Virus record (IMG/VR): IMGVR_UViG_3300046474_000239
Span: 32,001-96,000 of that record
Source: a virus
DNA: 64,000 bases
Reading direction: 5' to 3' (one strand)
Under the pieces are notes generated by a model that saw nothing but the letters and a program-made list of their open reading frames with translations, ran no database searches and had not been told where the DNA came from. Shown piece after piece: positions 47,448 to 57,391 of the stretch (position 1 is its first letter; the number at the start of each line of letters is the position of its first letter). Made by a program: the position numbers and the translations under genes.

Positions 47448-49803
47448 TAAAAGTACAACCATAGGCTTCCGATACTACTTCACCATGGTGATGGGTCTGG
47501 GCCGTGGCCCGATTAATGAGCTGGTAGAGATCCGCGTAGGTGGCAAGCTTGCGTGGTACGGCAGCGCGGCAACGTCCGGCAACTACGGAATCGACGCAGG
47601 TAACCTGTTCAACGGCGACAAGGGCGAGGGCGGCATTGAGGGCTCGTTCGACCTCTGCATGGGGGAGAAGACCCAGGGGCAGAACGCTCGCGTCGTGGGC
47701 ATGCGCGGGTCTCTGGTATCCGCCATGCGCGGCGTGTGCGTCATGGTGTACGACGGACTCATCTGCTCGATGAACCCTTACCCCAAAGAGTGGAAGATGC
47801 GCGTACGCCGGACCACAGCCGGGTGGGACCAAGACCCTTGGTATCCAGAGCGGGCGGCCATTTACTTCCTGGACAACGTGACCGCCCTGGATGCGCCCAC
47901 GGTCGACGTTGGGTTCATCGGTGACCCTGCTGACTACACACCGGCCGAGTGGCAGTTGCTCTATTACGCCAAACTCGCAGAGCTGCAAGCTGACGCCCAG
48001 TTGGGCCGCCGCCTGGTTTGCTCGATGAACCCCGCGCACATGCTTATGGAGATCGCCACAAACCGGGAGTGGGGTCGTGGCATGCCGATGGATCAGATAG
48101 ACCTGAACCTGTACAAGGTCGCGGCGGACAATCTGTACTGCGAGGGCTTCGGCATGTGCCTGCGCTGGAACCGGCAGAGCAGCCTGGACGACCTGGTCGC
48201 AGAGATCATCAGCACCATCGGTGGCATGCAGTACGTTAGCCGCACCACTGGGCTCCTCACGCTGCGCCTGCTCCGCAACGACTACGTCATAGAAGACCTG
48301 CCCGTGTTTGCCCGCGACGGCCGAGGCATCCTGAGTATCGAATCCGAAGAGTCGTCTGGGTCTGAAGCCGGGTTCAACGAAGTAGTGGTCAAGTACCGCT
48401 CCGCGCTGAACGGGGACGTGGCGTCTGTCCGCTACCAGAACCTGGGCAGCATCATGTCGGACGGCGGGGTGAACTCCACCACCACCGAGTACCTAGGCAT
48501 CGCAGACCGTAACATCGCTGTCCGGGTGGCTGCGCGAGACGTGAAGTCCAACACGGGGGATCTGCGGAGACTGAAGCTGACCCTAGACCGTCGTGGCTAC
48601 CCGCTGGAGCCAGGTGTGCCGTTCATCATCTCGGACCCAGAGAGCGGTATCGAGTCGATGATCATGCGGTCCGTTACCATCACCAACGAGGACTTCGTCA
48701 GCGGCACCATCACGCTGTCCTGCCTGACTGATGTATTCGGCCTGCCGGACACCGCGTACGTGGGCGAGGAAGCTGCGCCGCCTGACTTACCGAGTGCAGC
48801 CCCTGCGCTGCCCGTGGACCAGCGGCTGCTCGAAGTACCGTACCGCTCTCTCTACCAGAACACCGACAAGGCCAACTTCGACCTGCTCACCGATGACGTG
48901 GCGTTCCTCGGGGCGGCGGCTGTGCGTCCTAACTTCAACAACCCGAACTATGACCTGATCTACAAGTCGCACTCAGCGACTGAGTACCTGCCAGAAGATG
49001 ACGTACCAGGAGAATGGTGCGCGTCGGTCTTGTTGCCTCGCACCCTGTCACCGCTGGACGACCTGATCACCTTCACCACAGTAGACCTGAGTGCGGTGAC
49101 CGTAGGGCTGATGGCGCTGATCGACGACGAAGAGGTCCAGGTGACAGCGATGGACACGGTAGCCAAGACCCTGACGATTGCCAGGGGTTGTCTAGACACC
49201 GTACCGACCGAGCACGCACGCCTGACCCGCGTGTGGTTCTACGAGACTGGCGAGACGTTCTCAACCAAAGAGTTCACGCTGGGCGAGCAGGTGGACGGCA
49301 AGGTCCTGTCCAACGCCGCAGCAGGGGTACTCAATCCAACCCTGGCCCAGGAGATGACATTGACCATGGTTGGGCGGTTCGGCAGGCCGTACCCTCCAGG
49401 CAAAGTGCAGATAGAAGGGGAGGACATTTTCCTCGTGCAATCAATTGCATCGGGAGACACACTGACTTGGGCGCGGAGGAACAGGATCACCCAGGCTGAC
49501 GTAGTGCAGGACTTCCACGTAGCCGACATCACGCCCGAGGCAGGCCAGACCACTACCGTCCGCACCTACCGCCAGGACACCAACGCGCTCTTGGAGGAGT
49601 ACACCGGGATCACAGGCACAAGCCAGGTGCTGACTCCAGGCTACGTCGGGGTCATTCGCGTGGAGGTCTCCTCCGTGCGGGGCGGCCTGGAGAGCCACCA
49701 GAAGTATGCAGTAGTGCTTGGCAGCGACACCCCTTACATGACTACCGTGACCGGCGAGTTCATGACCACCGTATCCGGCTACTACCTGACTGAAGGAGCA
49801 TAA
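47437..49803 (+). CDS. central tail tip / host-specificity protein
   Basis: MGGSK...GFRY, MNPYPK, MNPAH, RG..DTVP..H, RPYPPG. Confidence 0.85.
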   Translation: MGGSKSTTIGFRYYFTMVMGLGRGPINELVEIRVGGKLAWYGSAATSGNYGIDAGNLFNGDKGEGGIEGSFDLCMGEKTQGQNARVVGMRGSLVSAMRGVCVMVYDGLICSMNPYPKEWKMRVRRTTAGWDQDPWYPERAAIYFLDNVTALDAPTVDVGFIGDPADYTPAEWQLLYYAKLAELQADAQLGRRLVCSMNPAHMLMEIATNREWGRGMPMDQIDLNLYKVAADNLYCEGFGMCLRWNRQSSLDDLVAEIISTIGGMQYVSRTTGLLTLRLLRNDYVIEDLPVFARDGRGILSIESEESSGSEAGFNEVVVKYRSALNGDVASVRYQNLGSIMSDGGVNSTTTEYLGIADRNIAVRVAARDVKSNTGDLRRLKLTLDRRGYPLEPGVPFIISDPESGIESMIMRSVTITNEDFVSGTITLSCLTDVFGLPDTAYVGEEAAPPDLPSAAPALPVDQRLLEVPYRSLYQNTDKANFDLLTDDVAFLGAAAVRPNFNNPNYDLIYKSHSATEYLPEDDVPGEWCASVLLPRTLSPLDDLITFTTVDLSAVTVGLMALIDDEEVQVTAMDTVAKTLTIARGCLDTVPTEHARLTRVWFYETGETFSTKEFTLGEQVDGKVLSNAAAGVLNPTLAQEMTLTMVGRFGRPYPPGKVQIEGEDIFLVQSIASGDTLTWARRNRITQADVVQDFHVADITPEAGQTTTVRTYRQDTNALLEEYTGITGTSQVLTPGYVGVIRVEVSSVRGGLESHQKYAVVLGSDTPYMTTVTGEFMTTVSGYYLTEGA

Positions 49804-49805
49804 AC

Positions 49806-50285
49806 ATGACGAACACAACTCTCCCGGCGCTGCTTGTCAGCGACCCGGCACCGTTGAACCTCCAGGACACCGACATAGTCTGGGTATGCCAGGGCGGGGT
49901 GGACGTAGCCATGACCGGTTTGCAGATCAAGACCGGCGTGTTGGCTGGCCGACCTGTAGACATCTACGGGGAGATGCAGGGCACGCCCGACTATGACAAG
50001 CGGTGGAACTACGTGTTCACCCGAGGGTGCACTCTACCTGCCTCGCTCACCGGCTCCAGGGCGGGGGTTCAGTACCAGCCCACCGGTACGGTCTCCTACA
50101 AGATCTACAAAAACGCAACGCAGATCGGGACCATGAACTTCACAGCGGGCAGCATCGCCGTCAGCTTCACCTTTGCGTCTGCCGTGACGTTCGCAGCGGG
50201 TGACCTGTTACGGGTGGAAGCGCTCGCAACACCTGACGCAACACTCAAGGGTCTGTACTTCACCTTCGTGGGTGCGTTGACCTAA
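49806..50285 (+). CDS. tail fibre-associated beta-sandwich protein
   Basis: LPA.LTGSRA...KN domain shared with 50360. Confidence 0.65.
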   Translation: MTNTTLPALLVSDPAPLNLQDTDIVWVCQGGVDVAMTGLQIKTGVLAGRPVDIYGEMQGTPDYDKRWNYVFTRGCTLPASLTGSRAGVQYQPTGTVSYKIYKNATQIGTMNFTAGSIAVSFTFASAVTFAAGDLLRVEALATPDATLKGLYFTFVGALT

Positions 50286-50359
50286 TCGCCCGTGGCACGG
50301 AGGCTGCCCCGTGGTAACCTCCGACCATTACACGGCTAGAACAGATATAGGAGAGGGTG

Positions 50360-51064
50360 ATGAGTATCAGACGATTGAGTAACGCGGGGCTGCGCTTCGG
50401 CTGGATCCCGTACGAGGACAACTGGGCGTCCACAGGCGTTGACGCAAACTGGCAGTGGATGGACGCCCTCGCCGGGCGGGTAGTCCTCGACGTGGTCACC
50501 ACCCTGCCTACCACCGGCTTGTCCGCAGGCAACTTGTACCTGATGGCCGCAGACGCAGGCTCCCAGCCGAACAAGCTGGCGTTGTACACCGTCCTGATCG
50601 CCGCTGATGGTGCGGAGACGTTTGCGTGGGACTTCCTGGCCCCTGCCAACAACTTCAGCATCTTCGTCGCCACCAAGAAAGCGCCGTACAAGTTCAACGG
50701 CACCACCTGGGCGGCGGACTCGCCTGCTGCAATCAGCTTCTACGCGGGTGGGGTTCTGACGGACTCCCAGCTCATAGCCGTACTGCTGCCGACCGTTCTG
50801 CTAGATCTGCCAGCGGGGCTCACAGGATCGCGTGCGACTGCCCAGACAGCTCCTACAGCGACCACGGTTATCTCCGTCCGTAAGAACGGTAGCGAAGTGG
50901 CAACTATCACCTTCTCGGCAGGCGTAACCGTGGGCACCCTGGCGGCTGCTTCAGCCATCGCGCTGATCACCTCAGACGAGTTGTCCTTCGTAGGCCCGGC
51001 CACCGCTGATGCCACCTTCGCAGGCCTGGCGGTATCACTTCTCGGCTTGAGGAAATCCGCATGA
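50360..51064 (+). CDS. tail fibre adaptor (DUF2793-like N-terminus plus beta-sandwich)
   Basis: W...E.NW...D.N...D, W.F.AP....Y.FNGT.W. Confidence 0.65.
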   Translation: MSIRRLSNAGLRFGWIPYEDNWASTGVDANWQWMDALAGRVVLDVVTTLPTTGLSAGNLYLMAADAGSQPNKLALYTVLIAADGAETFAWDFLAPANNFSIFVATKKAPYKFNGTTWAADSPAAISFYAGGVLTDSQLIAVLLPTVLLDLPAGLTGSRATAQTAPTATTVISVRKNGSEVATITFSAGVTVGTLAAASAIALITSDELSFVGPATADATFAGLAVSLLGLRKSA

Positions 51065-53523
51065 CTACCTACTACATCGACCCCGAGGGCGGTAACGACG
51101 CGAACAATGGGCTGTCGTTTGCGAACCGCTGGAGGACGTTCAAGAACACCAACGCTATCACCGTGGGGCAGAACGACGAGTTCCGCCTTATGTCCAGTCG
51201 CGCCAAGCAAAACCTGGGCAACGCCGCGTGGGTAGACAACCAGGACTGGGTGACCCTGTCGTCCCCGCCATTCGCGGTACTGACTGACGGCACCACCCTG
51301 ATGACCGGCACGACTAACGTGACCATCTCGGGCGACTTCAACGCCTCGCCGGTTGTCTCGACGCAGTGCAACTTGATCCGCTGCACCACCTCCGGCAAGT
51401 CAGGCAAGATCGCGTACCTGGCCCTGGGCAGCACGATGAACTTGTCCGCGTACACGCACCTCAGCCTAGCCCTGCGTTCGGACTCGGACACCTACCCCAG
51501 CGTCCTGAGTGACATCACGCTGAACCTCTGCTCCGACTCGACTGGCGATGTCGTGGTGCTTGCCTTGCCGCTGGCAGCCACGTACCGCAGTTCGGCGCTG
51601 ACTCAACTGCTCACCAACGGCGGGGCGGCACTGCCTACCGGGATCAACTCCATCTCGCTGACTCTGACCGTGGCAACCCCAGGCACCAACCGGGCTATTT
51701 TCTTTGTAGGCCTGATTGCCTGCCAGGGTCCCGACCACGCCAGCCACATCTCCCACGCATCCCTCCTGTCCAAACAGACTTCAGGGGCACCTGAGTGGAT
51801 GGCCATTCGCAGCTTCCAGACTGGCGGCAAAGTGTTCATGGGTGGCAGGGCCAGTACGACCGGTGAGCGCACCTGGCGCGGTACGTCCGAGACCGTGAAC
51901 ACCTGGGCGCGTCTGCCTACTCGCGTCAACTTCTCCGCCACCAACGAACCTGTCTTCGACACGATCAAGGACGGGGTGAAGATCCGGGGCGGATGGAACC
52001 GGACTGACATGTCGACACAGGACGACCTCACCTGGGTCAGCGGTGAGTTCCGGTCCATCTCGGGTACGGCCAACTCGAACGGCTTCTGCAACGTGCTGAA
52101 CGTGACCGACACCCGCACCACGGCAGCAGAGTTCAACAAGATCGGCCTGTGCCACTACTTCTATCAGCCGACCAACTTCTCGACGATGACGATGAAGATC
52201 GCGCTGGAGGGTATGGCCCACTGCAAACGCGGCATGCCAGTTCCGTACGGCGACTCGCAGAGTGACTTCGGTGATGTGACCTTCTGCCCTACAGGGATGG
52301 TCGACGCTACCCCAGTCGTGGCCCAGGGTGACTTTGCCCTGATCAAGGCGCGGAAGATCATGGGCTGCCAGTTCCCCTACTTCCCGTCTACAGGTCTGTC
52401 CAATCGCCGGATCGTGGCCGACTACATCGAGAACGCCGAGGGCGGGATTCAGAAGTCCTCCGGCGTGACCAAGGTCAGCAACGTGACATTCCGGTATAAC
52501 TACCAGGACCTCGTGGTAACCGGCGATGCGTGCGTGTGGTTGACTCACCCGACCTTCCCGCTCAGCGGCGGCTTCCCTTCTATCGGCCTCTTCGTCGACG
52601 TGACGAGCGCGGAAGTCAGGATGGATTGCGTCAACGGTAACGCCTGGGATAACCGGGTACAGGGTGCTCGCAGCTCGCGGGTTGTGGAGGATACTTTCCG
52701 CACGGCTGGCAAGCGGTCTGTACTTCTTGAGCGTTCGCACACCTCGACAGGCAAACGCCTCGTGGATCGCGTAGCACTGGTCCCTGTCCGGGGTGGGGAG
52801 GCAGTCAAGGTCAGTGGGTACGTGCAGACCTCTCTTGGTTCGGTAGGTGACAAGGCATCCTTGTCGATCCTGGAAGGCAGCTTCCCTGGCATCGCCTACA
52901 CCAAGGCCGAGGGGCAGCGCCTACCTGGCTACTGGTCGAAGGTAGTCCTGGAGGTAACCCCTGCGGTAGACGGACTGCTGCCCATTCACTTTGAGGGCGA
53001 GGGCAGCGGCACCTATCCGTGGTACGTCACGGAGGTCGGGGTCGACACAACGGGGGTTCCTGCGGACCCTGCACCTACCATGACCTTGGTGGACTCGATG
53101 ACCTTCGTAGGGGTCGATGACCTGTACTGGGACTCGGACCCATCCGTAACGGCAGGCGACACGTTCGCGCAAGCGGTAAGCGATGACTGGGGCGGCTATA
53201 TGCCCACCTGGCCAAGCGGCTCGATGACACCGGGCGGCGGTCTCATGCGCGGCGTTACCTGGACCAACTACGGGTCGCCCGGCACGCTGACTAACGTGAG
53301 CCTGGAAGTTCTCACGACCGGACTGACTGACCTGGAGAAGCAAGGCTGCCGTGTGGTCGTCAAGAGCGCGGGCGGCACCGTACTGCTCGACTACCATGAC
53401 GCCCCTGGCACCATCGGCACTCTCCCTGACGACACCAAGTACGTGCAGTTCAGCATGTACATGTCCGGCCTGGAGATGATCGCGGGTACGACCTACACCG
53501 TCGAGTTCTACCGACTGATCTAA
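51061..53523 (+). CDS. tail fibre / receptor-binding protein
   Basis: YYIDP.GGNDANNGLSFAN.W.T N-terminus; Thr/Ser/Gly-rich beta sequence. Confidence 0.7.
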   Translation: MTTYYIDPEGGNDANNGLSFANRWRTFKNTNAITVGQNDEFRLMSSRAKQNLGNAAWVDNQDWVTLSSPPFAVLTDGTTLMTGTTNVTISGDFNASPVVSTQCNLIRCTTSGKSGKIAYLALGSTMNLSAYTHLSLALRSDSDTYPSVLSDITLNLCSDSTGDVVVLALPLAATYRSSALTQLLTNGGAALPTGINSISLTLTVATPGTNRAIFFVGLIACQGPDHASHISHASLLSKQTSGAPEWMAIRSFQTGGKVFMGGRASTTGERTWRGTSETVNTWARLPTRVNFSATNEPVFDTIKDGVKIRGGWNRTDMSTQDDLTWVSGEFRSISGTANSNGFCNVLNVTDTRTTAAEFNKIGLCHYFYQPTNFSTMTMKIALEGMAHCKRGMPVPYGDSQSDFGDVTFCPTGMVDATPVVAQGDFALIKARKIMGCQFPYFPSTGLSNRRIVADYIENAEGGIQKSSGVTKVSNVTFRYNYQDLVVTGDACVWLTHPTFPLSGGFPSIGLFVDVTSAEVRMDCVNGNAWDNRVQGARSSRVVEDTFRTAGKRSVLLERSHTSTGKRLVDRVALVPVRGGEAVKVSGYVQTSLGSVGDKASLSILEGSFPGIAYTKAEGQRLPGYWSKVVLEVTPAVDGLLPIHFEGEGSGTYPWYVTEVGVDTTGVPADPAPTMTLVDSMTFVGVDDLYWDSDPSVTAGDTFAQAVSDDWGGYMPTWPSGSMTPGGGLMRGVTWTNYGSPGTLTNVSLEVLTTGLTDLEKQGCRVVVKSAGGTVLLDYHDAPGTIGTLPDDTKYVQFSMYMSGLEMIAGTTYTVEFYRLI

Positions 53524-53533
53524 GGAGATCGCC

Positions 53534-53737
53534 ATGCCAGTTGATCCAGTGAACGACTTTGGCGAGATGGACTTCGGTCACCAAGGGGACGTATTCGATC
53601 CGCGCACGTCTACCACGGTGAACGATCCATTTACCGACTACGGCTTCCAAGGGGACTCGTATGCAGTAGTCTCCCCAGAGGAACCACCAGCGCCGGGCGG
53701 CGGGGGTGGAGTGGTTATCTTCATGCTATCTATCTAA
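53534..53737 (+). CDS. small acidic protein with an internal repeat
   Basis: TAAGGAG RBS; VND...D.G.QGD occurs twice. Confidence 0.6.
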   Translation: MPVDPVNDFGEMDFGHQGDVFDPRTSTTVNDPFTDYGFQGDSYAVVSPEEPPAPGGGGGVVIFMLSI

Positions 53738-53757
53738 CCCTCTTCGGAGGGTTTTTT
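53736..53757 (+). terminator. intrinsic terminator
   Basis: AACCCTC-TTCG-GAGGGTT-TTTT. Confidence 0.85.
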
Positions 53758-53780
53758 AATGGCCACTATTTACAACTGTG

Positions 53781-53809
53781 TTGCCACTATGTAGGACCGC
53801 TGATACGCT
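53781..53809 (+). promoter_or_regulatory. putative sigma70 promoter of the lysis operon
   Basis: TTGCCA-N17-TACGCT with TG extension; palindrome at 53827 just downstream. Confidence 0.6.
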
Positions 53810-53868
53810 CAGCCTCAATTAGCGGAATGCAATTGATTGCACGAAGACAACTTGAGGGGGATACCGTG

Positions 53869-54468
53869 ATGATGATGAACAAAATTTGGGCGGCTTGCAT
53901 GGCGTTCATCCTGGCAAACATCTGCATTCTGTTCTACGTCTACGGATCCGCCACCTCGGGTGAAGAGAAGGTAGCAGCGCAGCAGATCGCACGACTCATC
54001 TCGACGTATGCCGAGCCCGAGTCCAACCCGACGTTCCTGGTTCGGGCGGAGGATCGCTGCCGGTTCTATGGTCCGTCCTACTGCCAGATTGCTTCCGCAC
54101 AGCGAGCCAATGCCCTGTCCCTATTCACCAGTCCAATCGTGTTGACCGTCAAGCCTACAACTGAGGTCTTCTATAACGACTACCTGGCTGCTCGTGCCCG
54201 CCTGATCAAAGCCACTGACGACTACGCCACCCTCCTGGACGGCAAGCCTGAGACTCGTGCCTACATCGTCGCCAGCTCTTCGTTCGAGAAGGAAGCCGGG
54301 ATGCTGATCGGCACCATCGTCTCCAACCTCTACGCACTCCAGGACTCCACTCTTAAGGAGGCTGATCACACAGGTAGCTGGGTGTTCGCCTTGGGGTATC
54401 TCTGCAACTTCGTTCTGTTCGCACTTGTCGTGTACGCACGAAGGCTGAATAACCAAAAAAGGGGATAA
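53869..54468 (+). CDS. two-TM protein with a predicted periplasmic helical domain
   Basis: TM segments at both termini, about 140 aa between them. Confidence 0.7.
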   Translation: MMMNKIWAACMAFILANICILFYVYGSATSGEEKVAAQQIARLISTYAEPESNPTFLVRAEDRCRFYGPSYCQIASAQRANALSLFTSPIVLTVKPTTEVFYNDYLAARARLIKATDDYATLLDGKPETRAYIVASSSFEKEAGMLIGTIVSNLYALQDSTLKEADHTGSWVFALGYLCNFVLFALVVYARRLNNQKRG

Positions 54469-54472
54469 GGCC

Positions 54473-54808
54473 ATGACCGCAACGGCTGACGTTTTAAGCC
54501 TCCCCGTGTCGACGTACGCTTGGGTCATCGGGGTGGCGGTTGTAGGCGGTCTGGTTGGCGTTATGAACAAAGCTGTCACGTACACAGTCAAAGACTTCGT
54601 CAAGGCAGGATTGACTAGCGGTTTTACCGGGTTCTTGGCGTTCTGCGCCTGCTTTGAGGCCGGAGCAAGTATGGGGTGGACTCTGTTCGCTGTAGGCGTT
54701 GCTGGACTGATGGGCAAACGAGCCTGGGACGACATGGAAAACATTCTTAGAATGCGCGCCGGGATCCCTCCCAAGGCGCCAGACAATGGATCGAGCGAGG
54801 CACAATGA
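54473..54808 (+). CDS. holin
   Basis: 111 aa, three TM segments, SGFTG, GVAGLMG; in the lysis cassette. Confidence 0.75.
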   Translation: MTATADVLSLPVSTYAWVIGVAVVGGLVGVMNKAVTYTVKDFVKAGLTSGFTGFLAFCACFEAGASMGWTLFAVGVAGLMGKRAWDDMENILRMRAGIPPKAPDNGSSEAQ

Positions 54809-55287
54809 TGAACAAGGTCAAAGCATATTGCGATGCAGGGTGGAGTGCTTTGAGCATGGCCGTGACGGTTGGCCTGCTTTGCGCACTTGCCTACTGGACG
54901 GTCCTCCAGCGGCCTGTACTCACCTTTACCACTGAGGGGCTGAAGACGACATACACAGTCACCCCTGGATCGGTGGCTTACCTTGAGAACCCCGTCTACC
55001 CACCAGATACCACCTTGCGTTTGCAGATTAGCGGCGAGCTGCGCAGGGTGGACGGCATGGGCGGTGGATACAGACTGGCATCTGTCGACAGCCGGGACGG
55101 CTTCAGGCCCGGCAAAGACGAACAGCGCCTGTCCTATGTCCGCCCTGGCTACCCCGTCTACAGCGTGTTCATTCCCTCGTATGTCACAACGGGGACATAC
55201 ACCTACCGCGCCACAGCGACCTACCGACTGAATCTATTCCGAACGACGACGCTGAGTCTTCCTGACTTAACGGTGATCGTGGAGTAA
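54805..55287 (+). CDS. TM-anchored beta-rich protein in the lysis cassette
   Basis: N-terminal TM, IP....G.YTY.....Y..N. Confidence 0.7.
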   Translation: MMNKVKAYCDAGWSALSMAVTVGLLCALAYWTVLQRPVLTFTTEGLKTTYTVTPGSVAYLENPVYPPDTTLRLQISGELRRVDGMGGGYRLASVDSRDGFRPGKDEQRLSYVRPGYPVYSVFIPSYVTTGTYTYRATATYRLNLFRTTTLSLPDLTVIVE

Positions 55288-55290
55288 CCC

Positions 55291-55312
55291 GAGCCCGCAT
55301 AACGCGGGCTTT
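55291..55312 (+). terminator. hairpin / weak terminator fused to a palindrome copy
   Basis: AGCCCGC-ATAAC-GCGGGCT-TT then GCAATTGATTGCAC. Confidence 0.55.
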
Positions 55313-55338
55313 GCAATTGATTGCACTAGGAGAATGAG

Positions 55339-56013
55339 ATGTGCCAGTTATCCGTAGCAAATCTGCTGAAGGTAGCGCCCGGCGCCAGCAAGGCGCCTAA
55401 CATCAACGCACTTGTATCCGCGATCAACGCCTCCGCAGCCCGCTACGGATTCAACCAGTCACCTCGTCGAATGTGTTACTTCTTGGCCCAGACAGCGAAG
55501 GAGACCCAGGAGTTCACCAAGCTGGTAGAGAACCTCTTCTACACCGACCCTGCCCGCGTGGCGCAGATCTTCAAGTCAGGCTTTGACCTGGATAAGGACA
55601 GCGTCGTCGACCCGGAGGAGATCGAGTTCGCCAAGGCCTACATCCGCAACCCCGAGAAGCTGGCCAACCGTGCGTACGCCAACCGCTTCGGCAACGGCGA
55701 CGAAGCCTCGGGTGACGGGTGGAAGTTCATCGGCTCTGGCCTGATCCACACCACCTTCCGTGATAACTACCTCAAGGCCTCCCTGGCAATCTACGGCGAT
55801 GATCGTCTGGTCAAGAACCCAGGCCTCCTGCGTGACACCACCACCTACGAAGCGGGCGCCCTGGCAGCCGGTCAGTTCTGGGTGGACAACCACCTCAACG
55901 AGCTGGCAGATGCCGACGCCTTCACTCAGGTGACCAAGCGCGTCAACGGGTCGACCGTTACCGTGCCCGAGCGCCTGGTCTACCTCAAACGTGCAAACAG
56001 TCTGATCATGTAG
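55339..56013 (+). CDS. endolysin, glycoside hydrolase family 19
   Basis: FLAQ...ET, ENL.Y, LANR.YANR.GNGDE.SGDGW, T.RVNG. Confidence 0.9.
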   Translation: MCQLSVANLLKVAPGASKAPNINALVSAINASAARYGFNQSPRRMCYFLAQTAKETQEFTKLVENLFYTDPARVAQIFKSGFDLDKDSVVDPEEIEFAKAYIRNPEKLANRAYANRFGNGDEASGDGWKFIGSGLIHTTFRDNYLKASLAIYGDDRLVKNPGLLRDTTTYEAGALAAGQFWVDNHLNELADADAFTQVTKRVNGSTVTVPERLVYLKRANSLIM

Positions 56014-56023
56014 GGAGAGCGTC

Positions 56024-56437
56024 ATGTTCAACGGAAAGCTGAGGCTGGAAGCGTACGTGCCGGACGAGTGGGTGGTCCTGGCGCTCTTCGCATTCATTGC
56101 AATGCTGCCCAACCCCAAGATCGTGGTCCCCCGTGGGTTCATCACGGACCTGGCCTCGATCCCTCGCTTGCTGCGCTGGCTGTTCGATGTCAACGGCGTG
56201 TCGAGGCAGGCGGCGGTACTGCATGACTACCTGTACTCGACACAGCCCCTCAGCCGGGCGGATGCAGATGCACTCTTCCTGGAGGCATTGAAGTCTCTGG
56301 GAGCGTCGAAGTGGGAGTGCTTCGGTCTGTACTACGGCGTGCGGATCGGTGGATGGTGGGCCTGGCACAAACACCAGAGCGATACCTTCAGCGACAACTT
56401 CGTTTCGGAATCCTACTGGGCCGACGAGGCCGCTTGA
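56024..56437 (+). CDS. DUF1353 family protein
   Basis: VP.GF.TDLASIP, AAVLHDYLY, AD..F.EA, GVRIGG. Confidence 0.9.
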   Translation: MFNGKLRLEAYVPDEWVVLALFAFIAMLPNPKIVVPRGFITDLASIPRLLRWLFDVNGVSRQAAVLHDYLYSTQPLSRADADALFLEALKSLGASKWECFGLYYGVRIGGWWAWHKHQSDTFSDNFVSESYWADEAA

Positions 56438-56445
56438 GGTGCACT

Positions 56446-56817
56446 ATGTTCACGGGAGTATTCGACAGCATCAAGATGTACGCCCTCTGCGCGGGGATCG
56501 GGCTGCTCGGGGCGGTCTGCACCTACGGTGCCTGGAAGTGGCAGGGCTCGAACATCGCCGACGCGGTGGCGGCAGCCGAGAAGGTCAAGGACGAACAGAT
56601 CCGCGTTGAGCGGACCTACACCAAGAAGTGGCGGGACCGGGCGGAGGCACTGAGCCAGCCCGCCAACGCAGCGAAGACCCAGGCAGCCGTAGTGCACTCG
56701 ACCGCAACCCAGGCAATAAAGGCGGAGCGTGCTGGAACTGACAAGGCCTTCTATGAGCAAGTCATTCCAGCGAAAGGGGTTGAACAATGGGACGCCGCAC
56801 GATCACTTATGCGTTAG
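56446..56817 (+). CDS. i-spanin (Rz-like)
   Basis: N-terminal TM plus Ala-rich coiled coil. Confidence 0.7.
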   Translation: MFTGVFDSIKMYALCAGIGLLGAVCTYGAWKWQGSNIADAVAAAEKVKDEQIRVERTYTKKWRDRAEALSQPANAAKTQAAVVHSTATQAIKAERAGTDKAFYEQVIPAKGVEQWDAARSLMR

Positions 56818-57098
56818 CAGTATTCGCCCTCCCAATGGTCGGATGCACCACTAAGCCGGTGCCCGCACCCAACGAGTACGAGGTCGCGATCAAGAGCCTG
56901 GACAAGGCATGGCTGGTCGAATGTCGGGGGCTAGGTGACCGGCCCGATGGACAGGTAGGCAGCCTGCTCCAGGACTTCACCGACCTCAGTGCAGTTGCAG
57001 CGCCTTGCCGGGCGGATCACAATGCCTTGGTCAAATACCTGGCCCCTCTCATGAAGAAGGCCGCAGCCGAGGACACATCCAATGACGTACCAGATTAA
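56787..57098 (+). CDS. o-spanin (Rz1-like lipoprotein)
   Basis: Signal peptide with lipobox MVGC; overlaps the end of the i-spanin. Confidence 0.75.
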   Translation: MGRRTITYALAVFALPMVGCTTKPVPAPNEYEVAIKSLDKAWLVECRGLGDRPDGQVGSLLQDFTDLSAVAAPCRADHNALVKYLAPLMKKAAAEDTSNDVPD

Positions 57099-57342
57099 AG
57101 CCGTAGTCGTGAAGGGTGGGGAGACCTCTACGATCCAGGTAGCGGAGCGTCACCTCTCTCCACGCGAGATCATCCAGATCATGGAGCAGAAGAAGCTGGA
57201 CTTGGGTTACGACTACGTCATGGACATCTACATGATGCAAGGATGGGTGGCCCAGCCAGGCTGGACAGGCACCGCCGAGGTGGACGCAGTAGCAGTAATG
57301 AAGGCGCTACAAACCGACCTGCCCGGATTAGTCCGCCGCTAA
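57082..57342 (+). CDS. hypothetical protein
   Basis: GAGGA RBS; terminator follows. Confidence 0.65.
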   Translation: MTYQIKAVVVKGGETSTIQVAERHLSPREIIQIMEQKKLDLGYDYVMDIYMMQGWVAQPGWTGTAEVDAVAVMKALQTDLPGLVRR

Positions 57343-57356
57343 CCGGCCAAACAGAG

Positions 57357-57380
57357 ACCCGCTTCGGCGGGTTTTCTTTT
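57357..57380 (+). terminator. intrinsic terminator
   Basis: ACCCGC-TTCG-GCGGGT-TTTCTTTT. Confidence 0.85.
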
Positions 57381-57391
57381 GTCCAGTGTTT

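Noticed and set aside
49806-53737. Diversity-generating retroelement or invertible fibre cassette
   Set aside because: No reverse transcriptase, invertase, or adenine-specific TR/VR repeat pair was seen
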